Positions 34,865-48,521 of a stretch of DNA of 64,000 bases are shown here, one piece after another; the first letter of the stretch is position 1, and every line of letters begins with the position of its first letter. A model generated the notes under the pieces. It made no database searches. It was not told where the DNA came from and worked only from the letters and a program-made list of their open reading frames with translations. This DNA comes from Podarcis filfolensis (taxonomy: Eukaryota), in assembly GCA_964270895.1 (NCBI GenBank), contig OZ185435.1; one strand, given 5' to 3'. The translations under genes were made by a program, and so were the position numbers.

Positions 34865-37800
34865 TTGCTTTAGAAAATGCTGTGGCAGAATGGAGAGAGA
34901 ATTAGCATGCTAATCTGCTTGTGATGATATTAATTTTAGACAAAGACTGTTTCAATGCCTGCAGTTAGCCCGAATAATCATAAAAAGCAGCCCATGGAAT
35001 TCTAAGCATCACCCACAACCACTTGGGCAAGCACAGGAAGGAAAGAGCCCACTTCAGTGTAATAAATAGCTGCATGCATATAACACAGTCTTGGTGAGGA
35101 TGCTGCTGACAATCTCTGCAAATGCATTGTCACAATCAATAACAAGGAGAAAATATGGTTAATGAACACAGCTAAACTGAGGAAGCAGAAGCAAGGAGAG
35201 AAGGGCAGGCAATGATGAATGCTTATTTGTGAAAGCAATGGGGCCGTTGAGACTGCATGGGTAGCAGTGGCACAGGGACATGGGGAAGGGGACTGTGTCC
35301 CTAACAGAAGGATTCTCCCTGCATGTGCTTGAGTAGAACCACATAATGGAGTTCAGTAATGTGCTCTAGTCATGGGCCATTGCAAGTCCATATGGAACAT
35401 CCCTGTGTAACATCTGCCAGGGTTGGTTTCTGTCTCCCCTGCTTTAGCTGTTGCCCAAATGTACCTTCCTATATAATGACAGTTTCAAGTTATTGATTAT
35501 AGTGCATACTTAGCAATGGAGAGAAGCTGTTACTATTTTATCCAATGCCCAGCAAGCTCAGATTTCATGAAATGGCAGCAGCTAAGGTGCCAAATGATAT
35601 TCTTCTGGTCCCAGACTGTTAGGTTTGGGAATCTACGTTGCTTGACCTAATCCAGGTTCAGAAATAATGACAAGGCACACCTTCAGTTGTGGATCAAAAT
35701 CAGGTGCTTGGGATTGTGGTGGTCTGAGTGTTTGTTTGTGTCAATCCCAAATGCAGGCTTAGTGCATAACCTTTTGTACAGCGCAGGGATTTCTCGATTG
35801 CTCTGGCTGCAACCGGCATGATGAAGATAGCTATCCCATTCTGCCTCATTCAAGAGTTTGGCATCTTCCTCTGAGCAACCTGAGCTTGGGCTGATGTCAG
35901 AGAGAGGATATTGAGCTAGATGGTCCATGGACCTAATTCAGTTTGGCAACCCCGATGGGAAAAAGCAAGGCTGAAAACGAAAGACGGTCAGGAAAGAGAA
36001 AAAGGTGATGTAGCAAAAATGGCAAGAAGGAAGCAGCACAAGACAGACACAGGTTCTGTGAAAGCAAATAAAATGACATCAGAGGTGGGGGTGGAGGCAA
36101 AAAAATCAAAGAGAGATAAAATGTTGAACAAATGCATTTTGGTTATGTGGAGCTCAAGTAATTATAATGGTATTAACATTCACAACAAGTGCAATGACGT
36201 TGAAGGCAGTGCCCATTAAAATTGAATTTCTCATCTCCCTCTCTTGTAAAATCATGGGAGTTGCATTTTGGGGACACAGCAGTATGCATCATGCTTCTAT
36301 GAGCTGGCAGTCCTTTGTCTAACTCATCTGGAGGAACATTATGATAGCCCAGCGACTGTTCTCCTTGTGTAACGTTAGCATGAATTACCTGGACTGATGC
36401 TCGGGAGTTCTCTTTGTGCCTCTAGGATTGCCTCTCCCCAGTTGTTGCCCTGCAGATGCCATTGAACTACAAGTTCCCTAATCCTTGACTGTTGGCTACA
36501 CTGACTGGGAGTGATGGGCATTGCAGTCCAAAATATCTGGAAGGCCCCAGCCTGGGGAAGGCTGCTCTCTAGAGGCTTTGCTGTGGGTGGTGTTTTAAAA
36601 GCATAATGCTCCTTACAGCCTGATCCTCGGAGTGCTGTGCTGCTGGAGGTCCCAGTGAAGTGAATGAGGCAGGCATGTACCTTTATAGAATATTTTGGAA
36701 GAGCAGACTGTCTGTCTTCTGGGCCAGCTCCTTAATGGGGTGGCTCCAGCTGGCTTCTGTGGTTTAAATTAAGCTCCAGCCAGAATCCCTTAATGAACAT
36801 GCAGTTGCTGCTGTTGACCTAACTCCCTCTCCGCAAATGTTCTTAAAAGCTTTCAATCCACCTGGGTTTTGGAATTGTCCCCAGCAGAGATCCCTGGGCA
36901 ACTTGCATAGCAGCCTCTGTGTGCCTGAGAGCCAATCTGGATGCGAAGGGTTGCTCAGGGAGCTCTAGGGTTAAGTGCTTTGCACCTGCTGTTCCGCTCT
37001 CTTCTCCATGTCATTCAAAATAGACTTAGTGCTCCTCTCACATATAGTCTCCCAGCCCAGACCAAGGGGGATGTGTGAGCCCCTAATGTAGAGTTCGCTT
37101 GTTTATCACCTCGCAGCAGGTGATAGAGATGGTGATATTCTTTCAGATGCTGTGGAGCAACTGGAAGTGTGCAGTGCGCACGTTTTGCTCTGCATCCCTT
37201 CCATATCAGAAGCTGCTCCGTGTTCCTCCTTCCTAATAATAAGGCTAATAGTGCTTCACTGCCCTTGAGGGTGATGGTGGTAAACACTATAATAAAGACT
37301 GGGAATCACTTAAGACTGTGATAAAGGACCCTTCACATAAATTGACTGCCACATGGAGGCCATTTGAAATGGTGCCTGCATGGCAACTTCTTCAGGGAGC
37401 AAGCTGCTTAGGGACTGGTTCACCTGTGCCAGTGGACTGCAGGCCTGCCCAAAAAAGAGGAAAGGTGGCATTGCAGTACCTGGTCCAAAGCCAGCAGGAG
37501 GTTTAGACCCTGAGGTCCCATTTTAAAATTAAATGCAGTAAGTCTGCAGCTTTCACGTATTTAACTTGTGTACATTCAGCTTTATGTGTGTGATGAAAAT
37601 GAAAATAAATGGAAAGGGGGCAGGGCTCTGGGGGGGGGGAATGACTTGGGCAATCGCACCCGCCATTGAACCCAATGTGTTTCGGCTATACACTATTTGG
37701 GCTTTAGCCCCCAGAACATAACCCCAGCATAAGTTGAGTGTATGGTACACAAGGGATGGGGAACCTGTAGCTCTCCAGAAGTTGAAAGACTCCAACTCCT

Positions 37801-38572
37801 ATCAGCCTCAGCCACCATGGTCAATAATCAGAGATGGTGGGAGTTGTAGTCCAGCGACATTGGGCGGCCACAGGTCCCCTTTGCTGCAGACTACAATAGG
37901 CTTGCTGTCCCACCAGAGTAAACACTGGCCTGTGAATCATCCAGGTGAGTTAACAAGGGGATGTAGCTGAACAATCCTGGGGTTCCTTACTTTGGTAAGT
38001 ACCTTGATGGTATAAGCAAGCTCTGTCTCTGCCCTGTGCTAGCCATTTTAGATTCCTTGTGTAACAATATTCCTCTCCCTGAATAATGGAGAGGGCTGGG
38101 TCGTCCTCTGGCACTTGGGGACTGTGGTCCCATGCAGCCTTGTTGGGCAGAGGCATTGCAAGGTCAAGGGGAAGGATGGCTTGGCAGAGCTTAGTGCCAC
38201 TGATGTGGTAACTCGATTCCCCACTTTTCCCCTTGACTGCAGCTGATGGGGAGGGGAGCAGAGATGCGACTTGATTAGAAGCCTGCCTGGCTGAGGGAAG
38301 CAGCAGACCAGGCAGAGTGCAGGGCTTGGCACCATCTCAGCCCAGAGGGTTATTTCCCCCCACCCACCCCAGACAGCTGAGTCCATTTATTTTTAATGAG
38401 CTCCCTTAGAATGCGCAGTGAGAAGGAGAGAGCAGCGCGAGCGGCAGATTCTCCCCAGCCGGGACAGGCAGAGGAGACGGCACATACACAACTCTCCTTT
38501 TTCTTAAGGGGGGAGGCCTCCCTTCAACTGCGGCCGCTGCTCCTCTTCCCCCTGAGGCGGGGATCCTCTTAA

Positions 38573-38643
38573 ATGAAGTTTGAACTTAAAATGCAGTCGA
38601 GCACAGAGGAGGAGAGCTGGCTTGAGGATCAGTGGGAGAAATG
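38573..38643 (+). CDS. MAPK8IP1: MAPK8IP1 alternative first coding exon 1b
   Basis: MKFELKMQSSTEEESWLEDQWEK(W), donor TG|GTacgt, phase 2 like exon 1a. Resembles the recalled mammalian alternative N-terminus MQLVLKMDSSPDNDSWLEDQWE(R/H)W. Preceded by a small CpG-rich patch at 38400-38560. Confidence 0.88.
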
Positions 38644-41600
38644 GTACGTCTGGGGGCAGGAGGGGGCCTGTGGGGTGGGGTGGGGGGAACAGAGCCGGTC
38701 TTGTACACCTGTACAGCGTTTTTACATTTTTTTAGAAAAGCAGTGCTGCTTGGCTTTATACCAGCCCATTTATTTAACCAGTGAAGCCTGTCTTGCTAAA
38801 AGCCCTGTGTGAGCAAGGTGTCTGCATAGCAGCTGCGGCCTCTGTGTGCAGACTTGGTTGCAAACTTTTATCTGCTGCGAAATGGGATTGAAAGGCAGTC
38901 TGGGCAGGGCAAGGAAACCAGACCATTTGGGTAGAGCTCTGCTAGTCTCTCTCTGGCATGGCTGGCTTTGAGCCCAAATGAGACTCCTTAGTTGCCAAAA
39001 GGAAAATATTGGTCTGTCAAGAGAGTTTTCTTTCTTGGTGCTAAGAAGCCGTCTGCAGGAGACGTTTGCTGTAGGGGAGGTCAGGATCATGTAGACATTG
39101 TGGTGAATAAGTGGTGTGGGGAGGGCAGGAGTAGATCTCCCAGCGCCTCGGCATGAGCCTGGAAGTTGCCACTTGCTGTCACTGATGGATCAAACTCTTT
39201 CAGCACACCCCAGAACTGAATATGTGGGGCTCACTGCAGGGAAAATCCCCCAGCCTATCATACATTTGATGCTGTCTTCAGTTCCACTTTCAATGAGAAA
39301 GTATGGCAGTCCCTTTATGTCAGACAGGAGCAGATGCAATACTGCTGTTAGCTGGGAGTGACAAACCAAAGGCTTTGCAGGGCTCTTCTGAGTGAGTATA
39401 GGTAATTGGAAAAAATGCTCCTGCTGGGCTATTGTGGTAATTGCCCATTCGTTAGCTTCCCAGTGACAGGGACAGATATTTGCATGCAATAGAACAAGTA
39501 TTAACAGAAGAGATTTCCTGACCCCTGTGACCTCTCTGGAACAGGAGAGGGAATCAATTAATGCTTTGGCAGCCCATCATATAGACTCTCCATCCCTCTC
39601 CTAATATTCCTCTCTTCTTTCTTCCCTTCCTGTGTGCAGCTCCTCAGAGACGTACAGGTTTCATGTCAAATGCCCCACCCCCTTGTTAATCCAGATGGGC
39701 AATTCAGTTACAGCCCTGCTACGAATCCCTTCCCTAACTCCAACTGCATGCAACTTTCTCTGTAGCTCTGGAAATCCCTGGTCCCGATAGCACTGTGCCA
39801 GTGCAGGGGAGAACAGAAGACGAGGCACCAAGCTCCTTGATGGGTATCTTTTGCCTCCTTTGCAGTGTAAAGTACATGCCAGAGAGTTGCAGTTCAAAAT
39901 GGTATAATGATTTATAATATTAATAATTTATTATTTATACCCCACCCATCTGGATGGTAACCTCTTACACGTGCTATGCCTCCCAGTGTGACTGGTAATG
40001 CCCAGTGGGAAGGGGGGGGGAGTTTCCTCCCTCTGTGAGTAATAAAACTAAGGATTCAGCTGGGAGCTGCTGGGAGAGCGATGGCTTCTCTGCTGAACCC
40101 TGCTCTGCGCAGCAGGCTGCGCTTCAACCAGCAACAAATTTCTCTGTGCAAAGACTTGCCCTTGGCAAAATGTCCCCAAATGTTCCCTGCTGTTCTCCTG
40201 TGAATTGATCTCAAGCAAAAGCCATTGACTGTATATCGGAGGGGCTGCAGAAAGCACTTTGGCAGGGTTTCAGAGGAAGGAATTAGAATCTATATTGATA
40301 AGATGCATTGAGATGATCTGTGGATGATTCATTATTTCCTTTCTTGATGTCTCCCTTACTGCCTTTTTCTTACCTCCACGGGGAGCAGATAGGCTGACGT
40401 GTCTACTCCGGTTCTTAAGGCTAAATGCAGTCTCTTCTCTTGAGGATATTGTCAGTGTTGGGGAAGGGCATTTCCTCTTCTATGGGGAAAGGACACCTGA
40501 GGGTGGGAGGAGAACATAAAAGGCTCTTTCTGCGTCTTGGTAGATCCCTGGATATTAGGGGGCAACTGAGGTTTTCATTTGGAGGAAGCTGATTGGGCAA
40601 AGGCCAGCAGTAAATTGCTAGATATTGTGTATGTTTCTGCTCATACAGTTTTGTTTTAGAGTTGATTTATAAAACTATTGGATTGAATTTTTGTGTATTT
40701 TATACTTTGATATCTGTGCTGTAAACTGCTTTGGAACACAACTGATGAAGGGCAGTTTAGAAATTAATTAAATAAATGCACTTCAAAGGATTAAAGAAGG
40801 GAGAGTCCTATTGTTGCCAAATGTTCTTGGTAGGTTTTCTCACTCTTTCTGTCTGAACTGCCTGGAAGCCTGGACAGCTTCCATAAAATACCAAGGTGGT
40901 GTACAACAATATAAACAGGTACAATAAAGCAGAAGATGCCACAAAACAATACAAAATAACTGGCTCATCTTGGGGGGGAAATTAAGCAACTGAATAGACT
41001 TGTTAGCATGGAAGTGTGAAGAGTTATAAACTGAATCTTCTTTAGTCAAAAGCCTACTTTTCTCATGCTCTGTCCCCACTTCTTAGTTTCCTTTTCATAT
41101 TGATGGTTTCTTTATGATGAGACGTACATATGGCGCCACACAATTGGGTCAATTCTGCAGATGTTCTTGAATAATTCAGGCCAGACAGAGCATTTGGGTT
41201 GAATCCTGACAGTTCTAGGATCCTAACATTTTAAGACCAAGTTCAGCCTAAAAAGGAGTTGACAGCGAGCTAGAAAGGTCTCCATTGGTTCTGCCACATG
41301 TTGCTGTAGTGTACAGTATTATGTTGACAAGGTTAATTTTTCACTATTAAAATGCTGCTTTGAGATATCTGGCTTCATCTTCCATTTTCATAATGCGTAT
41401 TTTCTGAAGAAGTCAAAACATTCGGAGTTGGGAAAAAAGTTAGATGAGGGATGAGAACTCTTAAGTTACTTACGGATTGTAACTGTCTTGCTGGAGTGAT
41501 TCAAATTTAGGTTTGTGCAGTTGAAGTGGTTTTACCTAGGAATTGTGAGACAGCAATTAATCGACAGGGAGCTGTTATAATATCTGTGCAAACAGTTCAG

Positions 41601-43269
41601 GATTAATGTTTAATAAATAGCCATGGGGGAATGTGAGTATAAGGTCTGTTGGCTAATTTGGCTAAAATCTATGCAAAGTGGTAAGGAAAATGAAATTGAG
41701 TGAAACTGTTTATCAGTGGAGACTTCAGCATTAGGGCTTAAAGGTAGAGCCCTCCCAATCAAAAGGGGCATTATTAAAGACAACCAAACCATCTCAACAG
41801 GTTGAGTATTTGCATTCCGACCCCCTGCCCTGTCTTATGAAACTGAGCAGCCAGAACCCACAGTGCCACTCTGGGTGACCACTTGTACAGTGCATCACCA
41901 AAAAGAAAAAAGAACAGATTTGCATTTATAAAGGCAAATTCAGAAATCATTACAATAATTTAATCAGAAGAAAGTCTCAGCGTAGAGTAGGGAGACTGTG
42001 CCCTGAGAACCCGCTCTGTCTCTCTGCTAGGCAGTCTTTGAGGATTATCCTCTACAAAGTAGGAATCTTGTCCACCCTGCTGTCACCTGGGATGAAATAG
42101 ATTATCGTTCATCTTTATTGTTTAAATTGGTCTTTTGGAGGAGGGGGATATTGGGTGGGGGCAAGCAAGATGCTGATTTTGCATTTTGCTGTGCGTTGTC
42201 TGTTTTTCACATAAGCATGTTTTCAGGGACTGTTTGCCAGTGAAATTTGGCAATGAAAAAATTTGCATCTCAAGGCGGCTTGGATGTTGCAGTGATTGAC
42301 AGGAAAAATGGAGATGTGGTACCAAAAGAAATAAGCCAAAAAAGCAGGGGCAGGAGTGATGCAAAGCCTCACAAAGATGCTTAAATGTGTTTGTTTTAAA
42401 AGCCATACAAATATAGTATGCCTAGTATGTTTTGCTGCCTTCAGGGGCAGAAATATTCCTAAAAGCTTTAAACCACAGGTGTGCAATATAGGGAATGCTT
42501 GCAGCCCCCAACAGCACCTGAAACTGCCTAATTCCTTCCACCCTCTTAGAGTTTCTTCCATCCCCATTGTTTCCTCTCCACCCCACTAGTTTTTAAAATT
42601 ATTTTCCCCTCTTTCTTCATAGTTTCAGAGGAACTGATTTTAAAAATGGTAGATTTCTGCTACATTTATGTATATTGCACATTAAAGTCAGTAATTACTT
42701 TCACTTGTTTTTCAGAACAGTAGCAGTATTGGTCTGATTGTATTAAAAACACCCTTTGTATTTGAGAACGACCCCATTAAACTCAATGGGGTTTACTTTT
42801 ATTCTGAGTCAGCCTGCATAGATTTGAGGATTCTTATCTGAGTGGCCATAATAAAAATTGAAAGCACAGCAGTGTTTATACAATATTAGCTATTTTTTAT
42901 TTACATATTTTCTTACATTTATATCCTACTCTTCTTCCATCATGGAACCCAAGGCAACATACATATGATTTCCTGGAGGTCTCCCAATCCGCGCACTGAC
43001 CAGACCTAGTCCTCCTTAACTTCAGGGAGATGATGACCTCAAGTGCCTTCAGACCATACTCTGAGACCATTCTCAAACACTTTCATCTCTGGCCCATCAT
43101 TGGCTTTGGCTTTCATAACTGCCAACATGCAGCCCCTGAGAGACTTTTTTTCTTCTTGACGGGGTGGGGAGGGGGGGAATTCCCCCCCTCCCGGTGGTTT
43201 TAAGTGAACTATATCAATGAGAGATTTTTGCCCCTAAAGAAAACAACACAGCAAAGCACATTGGGTAGA

Positions 43270-44170
43270 ATTATTATTATTTATTTATTTATTTATTATT
43301 ATAATACCCCGCCCATCTGGCTGGGTTTTCCTGGCCATTCTGGGCCGCTTACAACATAATCTAAAAACGTAATAAAAGCATCAATCTGTAAAAACTTCCC
43401 TAAACACAGCTGCCTTCAGATGTCTTCTGAAAGTCAGATAGTTGTTTATTTCCTTGACATCTGGAGGGAGGGCATTCCACAAGGTGGGCGCCACTACCAA
43501 GAAGGCCCTCTGCCTGTTTCCCTGTAACTTCGCTTCTCACAGTGAGGGAACCAGCAGAAGACCCTCGGAGGAGGACCTCAGTGTCGGGGCTGAGCGATGG
43601 GGTTGGAAGCCATTTAGGGGTTTAAAGGTCAGCACCAACACTTTGAATTGTGCTTGGAAATGTACTGGATCCAAATGCTCTGCATCCTCTAGGCATGCCT
43701 GGAGTTGTTCAGCAACCACTCGCTCAATCACCTTGCCCAAGAATGGAAGATTTGAGACTGGGTGATAGTTGGCCATACTGGTCGGGTCCAAAGATGGCTT
43801 TTAAGAAGCGGTTTAATAACCACCTCTTTCAGCGGGTCTGGGAAGGCTCCCCCAGAGAGGGAAGCATTCACTAGCTCACAGAGCCCATCGCCTAGCTCTT
43901 CCCGCTTTTATAAGCCAGGATGGGCAAGGATCAAGGAGACAGGTGGCCAGTTTCACTCGTCCAAGCAGCCTGTCCACATCCTCGGAGGTAACAGATTGGA
44001 ATTGATCCCATACAATATGACCAGACAGAACCCTAGCACTCTTCTGCTGTGGCCGTGCTGCCACAGTGGAGTCTACATCTTTCTGATTCTGAGTGATTTT
44101 ATCTGCAAAGAACTTTGCAAAATCATTGTGGGAGATCTTGGGGTCATCACCAGGCCCCGATGGGGGAGGT
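43270..44170 (-). mobile_element. Internally deleted L2-clade LINE
   Basis: Minus peptides FAKFFADKI, ATCLLDPCPSWLIKAG, NYHPVSNLPFLGKVIERVVAEQLQ, fused at about 43668 to the 3' part FKVLVLTFK, then the L2 tail and (TTA)n. Confidence 0.85.
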
Positions 44171-44722
44171 GGTTCTGTTAGATATATAATATATATCATC
44201 TTTTTGAAAATCAAGCTTCATTTTGAAGTTTTACCTCATTTTTTCCCCCCACCAACACTCTATTCCTACCCTGCCAGCACAGGCATGCACACACCACTCA
44301 AACCTGGAAGGTGGTCTCCCTAACCCCAGATATATGGGACTTAGTTGCGATTACCCAGTAGTGAAGAGCCCTCTCTGCATGACCAGAGGTTATTTCTTCA
44401 CATTTTCAAGTCTGAGTTATGCTGCTGAAAATAGCTTCCCGTTCTGTGTTGCAGTGGGCTGCATCTCAAATTAAACCATTAACATTGGCCTTGTGGGCTG
44501 AAACAACTTTAAACCCTTTTTTCCCCCTATACTCATATAACATTTATATAAAAAAAGAATGCCTTTAAATATGTTCTTTCAATTTTAGCAAATGTAGCGG
44601 TTTGGTTTGAGAGGGTTTAAAAATAAAAAGCTTCATGGAGCTAAAGGCAAGTGTGTTACGGGACACTGTAATCACTTTGATTATTTTGGTTGGTTAGCAA
44701 CAGGTATGTATGTTGTAGGTAG

Positions 44723-44764
44723 AGATAGATAGATGATAGATAGATAGATAGATAGATGATAGAT

Positions 44765-44805
<41 letters not shown>
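44723..44805. repeat. (GATA)n tetranucleotide repeat with GAT interruptions
   Basis: About 20 GATA units read directly. Confidence 0.95.
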
Positions 44806-45390
44806 CTCATGCCTTTCCACACACCCCTCCCATAGGGAAAGGCTGGGGCATCTCTGGCTCCCCAAATGTTGTTGGACTCCCAACTCCTATCAGCCCCAAT
44901 GAGCATGGTCCATGGTCAGGGATGATGGAAGCTGGATGCCAGTGCACAGGTTCCTATCCCTGGTATAGGGAGTAATTGATGTTTCTGCACATCTTTGAGA
45001 ACATTATTTCTTTTTGTACGCCCTAGTGTTGGGAAAGGAGGGGCTCTAAATAGTGCCTCCCCCAACTCTCTCACCAGCTACCACCACGTGAGACCAGCCT
45101 CTGTGTTCAGGGCTGCAGGGAATGTTGAAAATACAGCAGCACAAAGAACAGAAGAATCAGGGAAACTCTCAGATAACCAGCACAGTAGAAGGTAAAATTC
45201 CTTTGGAGTCTCTACTCAGTGGATTATCTAATATAATTGTTAATTTAGCTTGGCAGGCAATTAACCTTTTCTCTTTTTTGGGTCCAGGCCTGGGGTTATA
45301 ACATTGCCCCAAGCATCACCGTGTGTGTTGTATTTCCTTTTTGTTTAGCTTTCCTTGATGAATAACCTCACGCTCTTTGCCTTAACTTAG

Positions 45391-45496
45391 GCTCACCCAT
45401 GACATCAGCCTGGAGGAGTTTGAGGATGAAGATCTCTCTGAAATCACGGATGAGTGTGGAATCAGCCTGCACTGCAAGGACAGTCTGGCCTCGCGG
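45391..45496 (+). CDS. MAPK8IP1: MAPK8IP1 exon 2 (106 nt)
   Basis: cttaacttAG|G...CGG|GTaagg. [35 protein letters not shown], near-identical to mammalian JIP1. Not in the ORF track. Confidence 0.97.
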
Positions 45497-46898
45497 GTAA
45501 GGAAATCAGTGCTTCCTTAATTACTGCTAACGAAACACCCATTCCCACCCAACAGGCAGGTAAGGGATGCAGTAATTGTTTCCGGGCAGGTCAAGCCACA
45601 GCCATTTACACACACACAAAAACACATGTACTTTCTCAATTTGAACCCCCTTCTACCTCCATCCTTTGCATCTGCTTAAGCCTTACTCATTCTCCCCGGC
45701 AGCCCTGCCCTCCCACAAACCTGAAGCCCTGTACAAGAAGAGGACTAGTTTGGTTCTTATTGTAGGGGACCAGACATTTTTATGATTCTTTTCTGGACGT
45801 CCTTAGACCAGCCTTCCCCAATCTGGTGCATCACTGTGCTGGCTGGGGCTGATGGGTGTTGTCCTTTAAAATACCCAAAGAGCAGCTGGTTGGGTGAAGC
45901 TGGCAGGCAGTAATGGTCCGCCTGTCTCTCTGTGGTTTGTATTTAAGTGTTCAGTTCTCTTTATGCTGCATCCTGGGTCTGGGTCACCCTGAGGCAACGT
46001 CACTGCAATGCACTGTGTCTTGACTGCACCTGGAGGAGCACCCAGGCCTGAAGCAAATGCAGGTGCCGCTGCTATTGTGTGCTTATTAAGCAATCCTTCT
46101 TGCATGAGGCTCTAGACTGGGACTCATTCCCAGCTGCAGATCAGCGGGGGTTGGGCTTGATCTATGAAGTATTAACTGTTCTCAGCCTTCAAGAAACTTT
46201 CCTCAGCATTTATGAGATCTGAGGGCACTTAAATGAAGGGCATCTTGTATGGAGAGTTTTGCTAAGCGAATGGGAATTGGCATCATCCTCAGATATCCTG
46301 CAATAATCTCAACTTTTGATTGGCAGAGCCTTCAGTCTATATTGTACTGAAGGTTCATTTCCTTTTATGAGGCTTCATTTTAAAAGCTCCTCCCTTTATT
46401 CCAGAGCATCTTGCATGTCTTTTTATGCCCACCTCTCACACTCCCATAGCACATGATGGATGGTTCTTATTTCTTGTTTAGGGAATTGTTTAATGTTTGA
46501 TGCTTTATTGTGTTTTTAATATTCTGTTGGGATCCACCCAGAGTGGCTGGGGAAACCAACCAACCAACCAATCAATAAAATTATTATTCCCATAGCTAAT
46601 TGCTAACTCTAGAGGTTCAAGCCTCAATGACAGCCAAATCCTTTTGTATAGAAGCCTTTCTCCCTAATCCCAGATATATGTGAAGTGGTTATGGTTAATC
46701 GGTGATTAGGAAAGGAGCTCAGCACATGCTTGGAGGCATTCTTCTCTATGTTTACATCACACAGACCCGAGCATCAAAACTGTTGTCTGGAAAGAACTTG
46801 TGATTCTACCCAAAGTCTGGTTTTGTAGATGCCACCTTCTGTTTGGATTGGGGTTTTTCCCCCCCATGGAAACATTTCCTCATGGGATACTTAAGGAG

Positions 46899-46900
<2 letters not shown>

Positions 46901-46948
<48 letters not shown>

Positions 46949-47003
46949 TTATTATTTGTACCCCGCCCATCTGGCTGGGTTTCCCCAGCCACTCTGGGCG
47001 GCT
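46901..47003 (-). mobile_element. Short L2/SINE 3' stub with (AAT)16 tail (46901-46948)
   Basis: taccccgcccatctggctgggtttccccagccactctgggcggct also occurs at about 43305; possible short TSD GAGATA. Confidence 0.8.
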
Positions 47004-47336
47004 GAGATATAATGGCCATGTGAGATTTGTACCACCACAGTGTGTTAGGCACCACCTTAGATCTGAATCTGCTGAAATGCACTTTAAATGAGCCCACAAG
47101 GGTTGCAGGGTGACTTGGTAGTGGCTCTAGCAGTACTATGTCGCTAGCGCTGCAGTGCTGATGGAAAGCAAACACAACCAAATAATCCAGGACTGTATCA
47201 TGTATCTCAGCAAGGGAGGGGCATGATAGCCCATTGGGTACAAAAGTAATTCCTGCTCCAGGATCCCAACCAGCCTTCCTGGTTTTGCTGGCACCAGAGC
47301 ATTCAACCTGCCAGAACATGAATGGGACCTACCATG

Positions 47337-47523
47337 GGGAAGGGCCATAGCTCAGATCTGCTTTGCATGCAGAGGATTCCAGGTTCAGTCTCTGGCATCT
47401 CCAGGTCAAGCTAGGAGAAACCCCTGCCTGAGACCCTGGGGAGATGCTGCCAATCAGTGTAGACAGTATTGAGCTAGATGCACCAATGGTCTGACTCCGT
47501 ATAAGGCTGTTTCTATGCTCCTA
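47337..47523 (+). mobile_element. tRNA-derived SINE with CR1-like tail (squamate Squam-type)
   Basis: gggaagggccatagctcag...gcatgcagaggattccaggttcagtctctggc head and gagctagatgcaccaatggtctgactc..tatgctccta tail. Confidence 0.75.
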
Positions 47524-47535
47524 ATAGTAGTAAGG

Positions 47536-47672
47536 CAGGCATGGCCAAACTTGGCCATCCAGATGTTTTGGGACTACAATTCCCATCATCCCTGACCACT
47601 GGTCCTGTTAACTAGGGATGATGGGAGTTGTAGTCCCAAAAACATCTGGAGGGCCAAGTTTGGCCATGCCTG
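47536..47672. mobile_element. Palindromic hAT MITE, young copy (137 bp); related copies near 36435, 37755, 44825, 52380, 54585 and 57980
   Basis: Perfect TIR CAGGCATGGCCAAACTTGGCC / GGCCAAGTTTGGCCATGCCTG; perfect 8-bp TSD TAGTAAGG (47528-47535, 47673-47680); nearly the whole element folds back on itself. Confidence 0.92.
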
Positions 47673-48521
47673 TAGTAAGGGAAACAGAGGAAATAAAATG
47701 GCTTTTCCCACCCCTTTCTGGCACCTCTCCCTTGACAGAAGCACATCTTTCCCACCAGCCTTGAAGGTTGCATGTTGAAGAAGTCGGGAAAGATTCAGAC
47801 GGCAATTTGAGCTGTCTGTGAAAGCCACAGGAGATTGTAAAATGGTGGAGTTTCAAAACTGCATGGTTTTCTGACAACAGAGGCAGAAGTGTGATGCATT
47901 TATTATGTATGCCATGCTAGAGGGAAGAAAGCTGCGGAGATGTAAAGAAAAGCTGAGAGGGTTCTCTGTCGCCAGAGGAAGTGCGTTCTCTACAAATGAG
48001 ATACAGAACATTTCAGGCTCCGGGGGGAAAGGACTTAATGGGCGACTTCCAATTAACCACTCTGAACTTCAACGTTTGGAACATGCTGGCTGTGACTGAG
48101 CCACGTAGTTTTGAGATGAAGCTCAAAAAGGTGCTTGAAGAAGAATAAAGGGATAGAAAACCTAGAAGAGATTTTTTTCTTTTCTTTCTTTTTGTAAATC
48201 AGAAGTAATTTTTAAAGAATAAACTCTGGTTATGTTACAGCTGGGCAGAGTACATGGACACTGATCAAAACAAATACGTTGTGTATCCAGGCACTTTGCA
48301 GAGACATACTGAGAAAGGAGCTAAAAGGAGAGAGAGCGATCACAGCCAGAAAAAAAAATGCCTAAGACACAAAATTCTGAAAGAAGCTAAAATATGACTT
48401 AATGGTTTACATGGAACTGACAAAAAATTCCCCCAAGGGGCATCACTTATGGTGGGGGGGGGGGGGAGAGAGAGAGAGAGAGAGAGAGATTTTGAATACC
48501 CTGAGCTGAGGTTTCTACATA

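Noticed and set aside
35920-36219. Lys/Glu-rich 99-aa ORF
   Set aside because: Purine-rich intronic sequence beginning in a SINE/CR1 tail; no splice or homology support.
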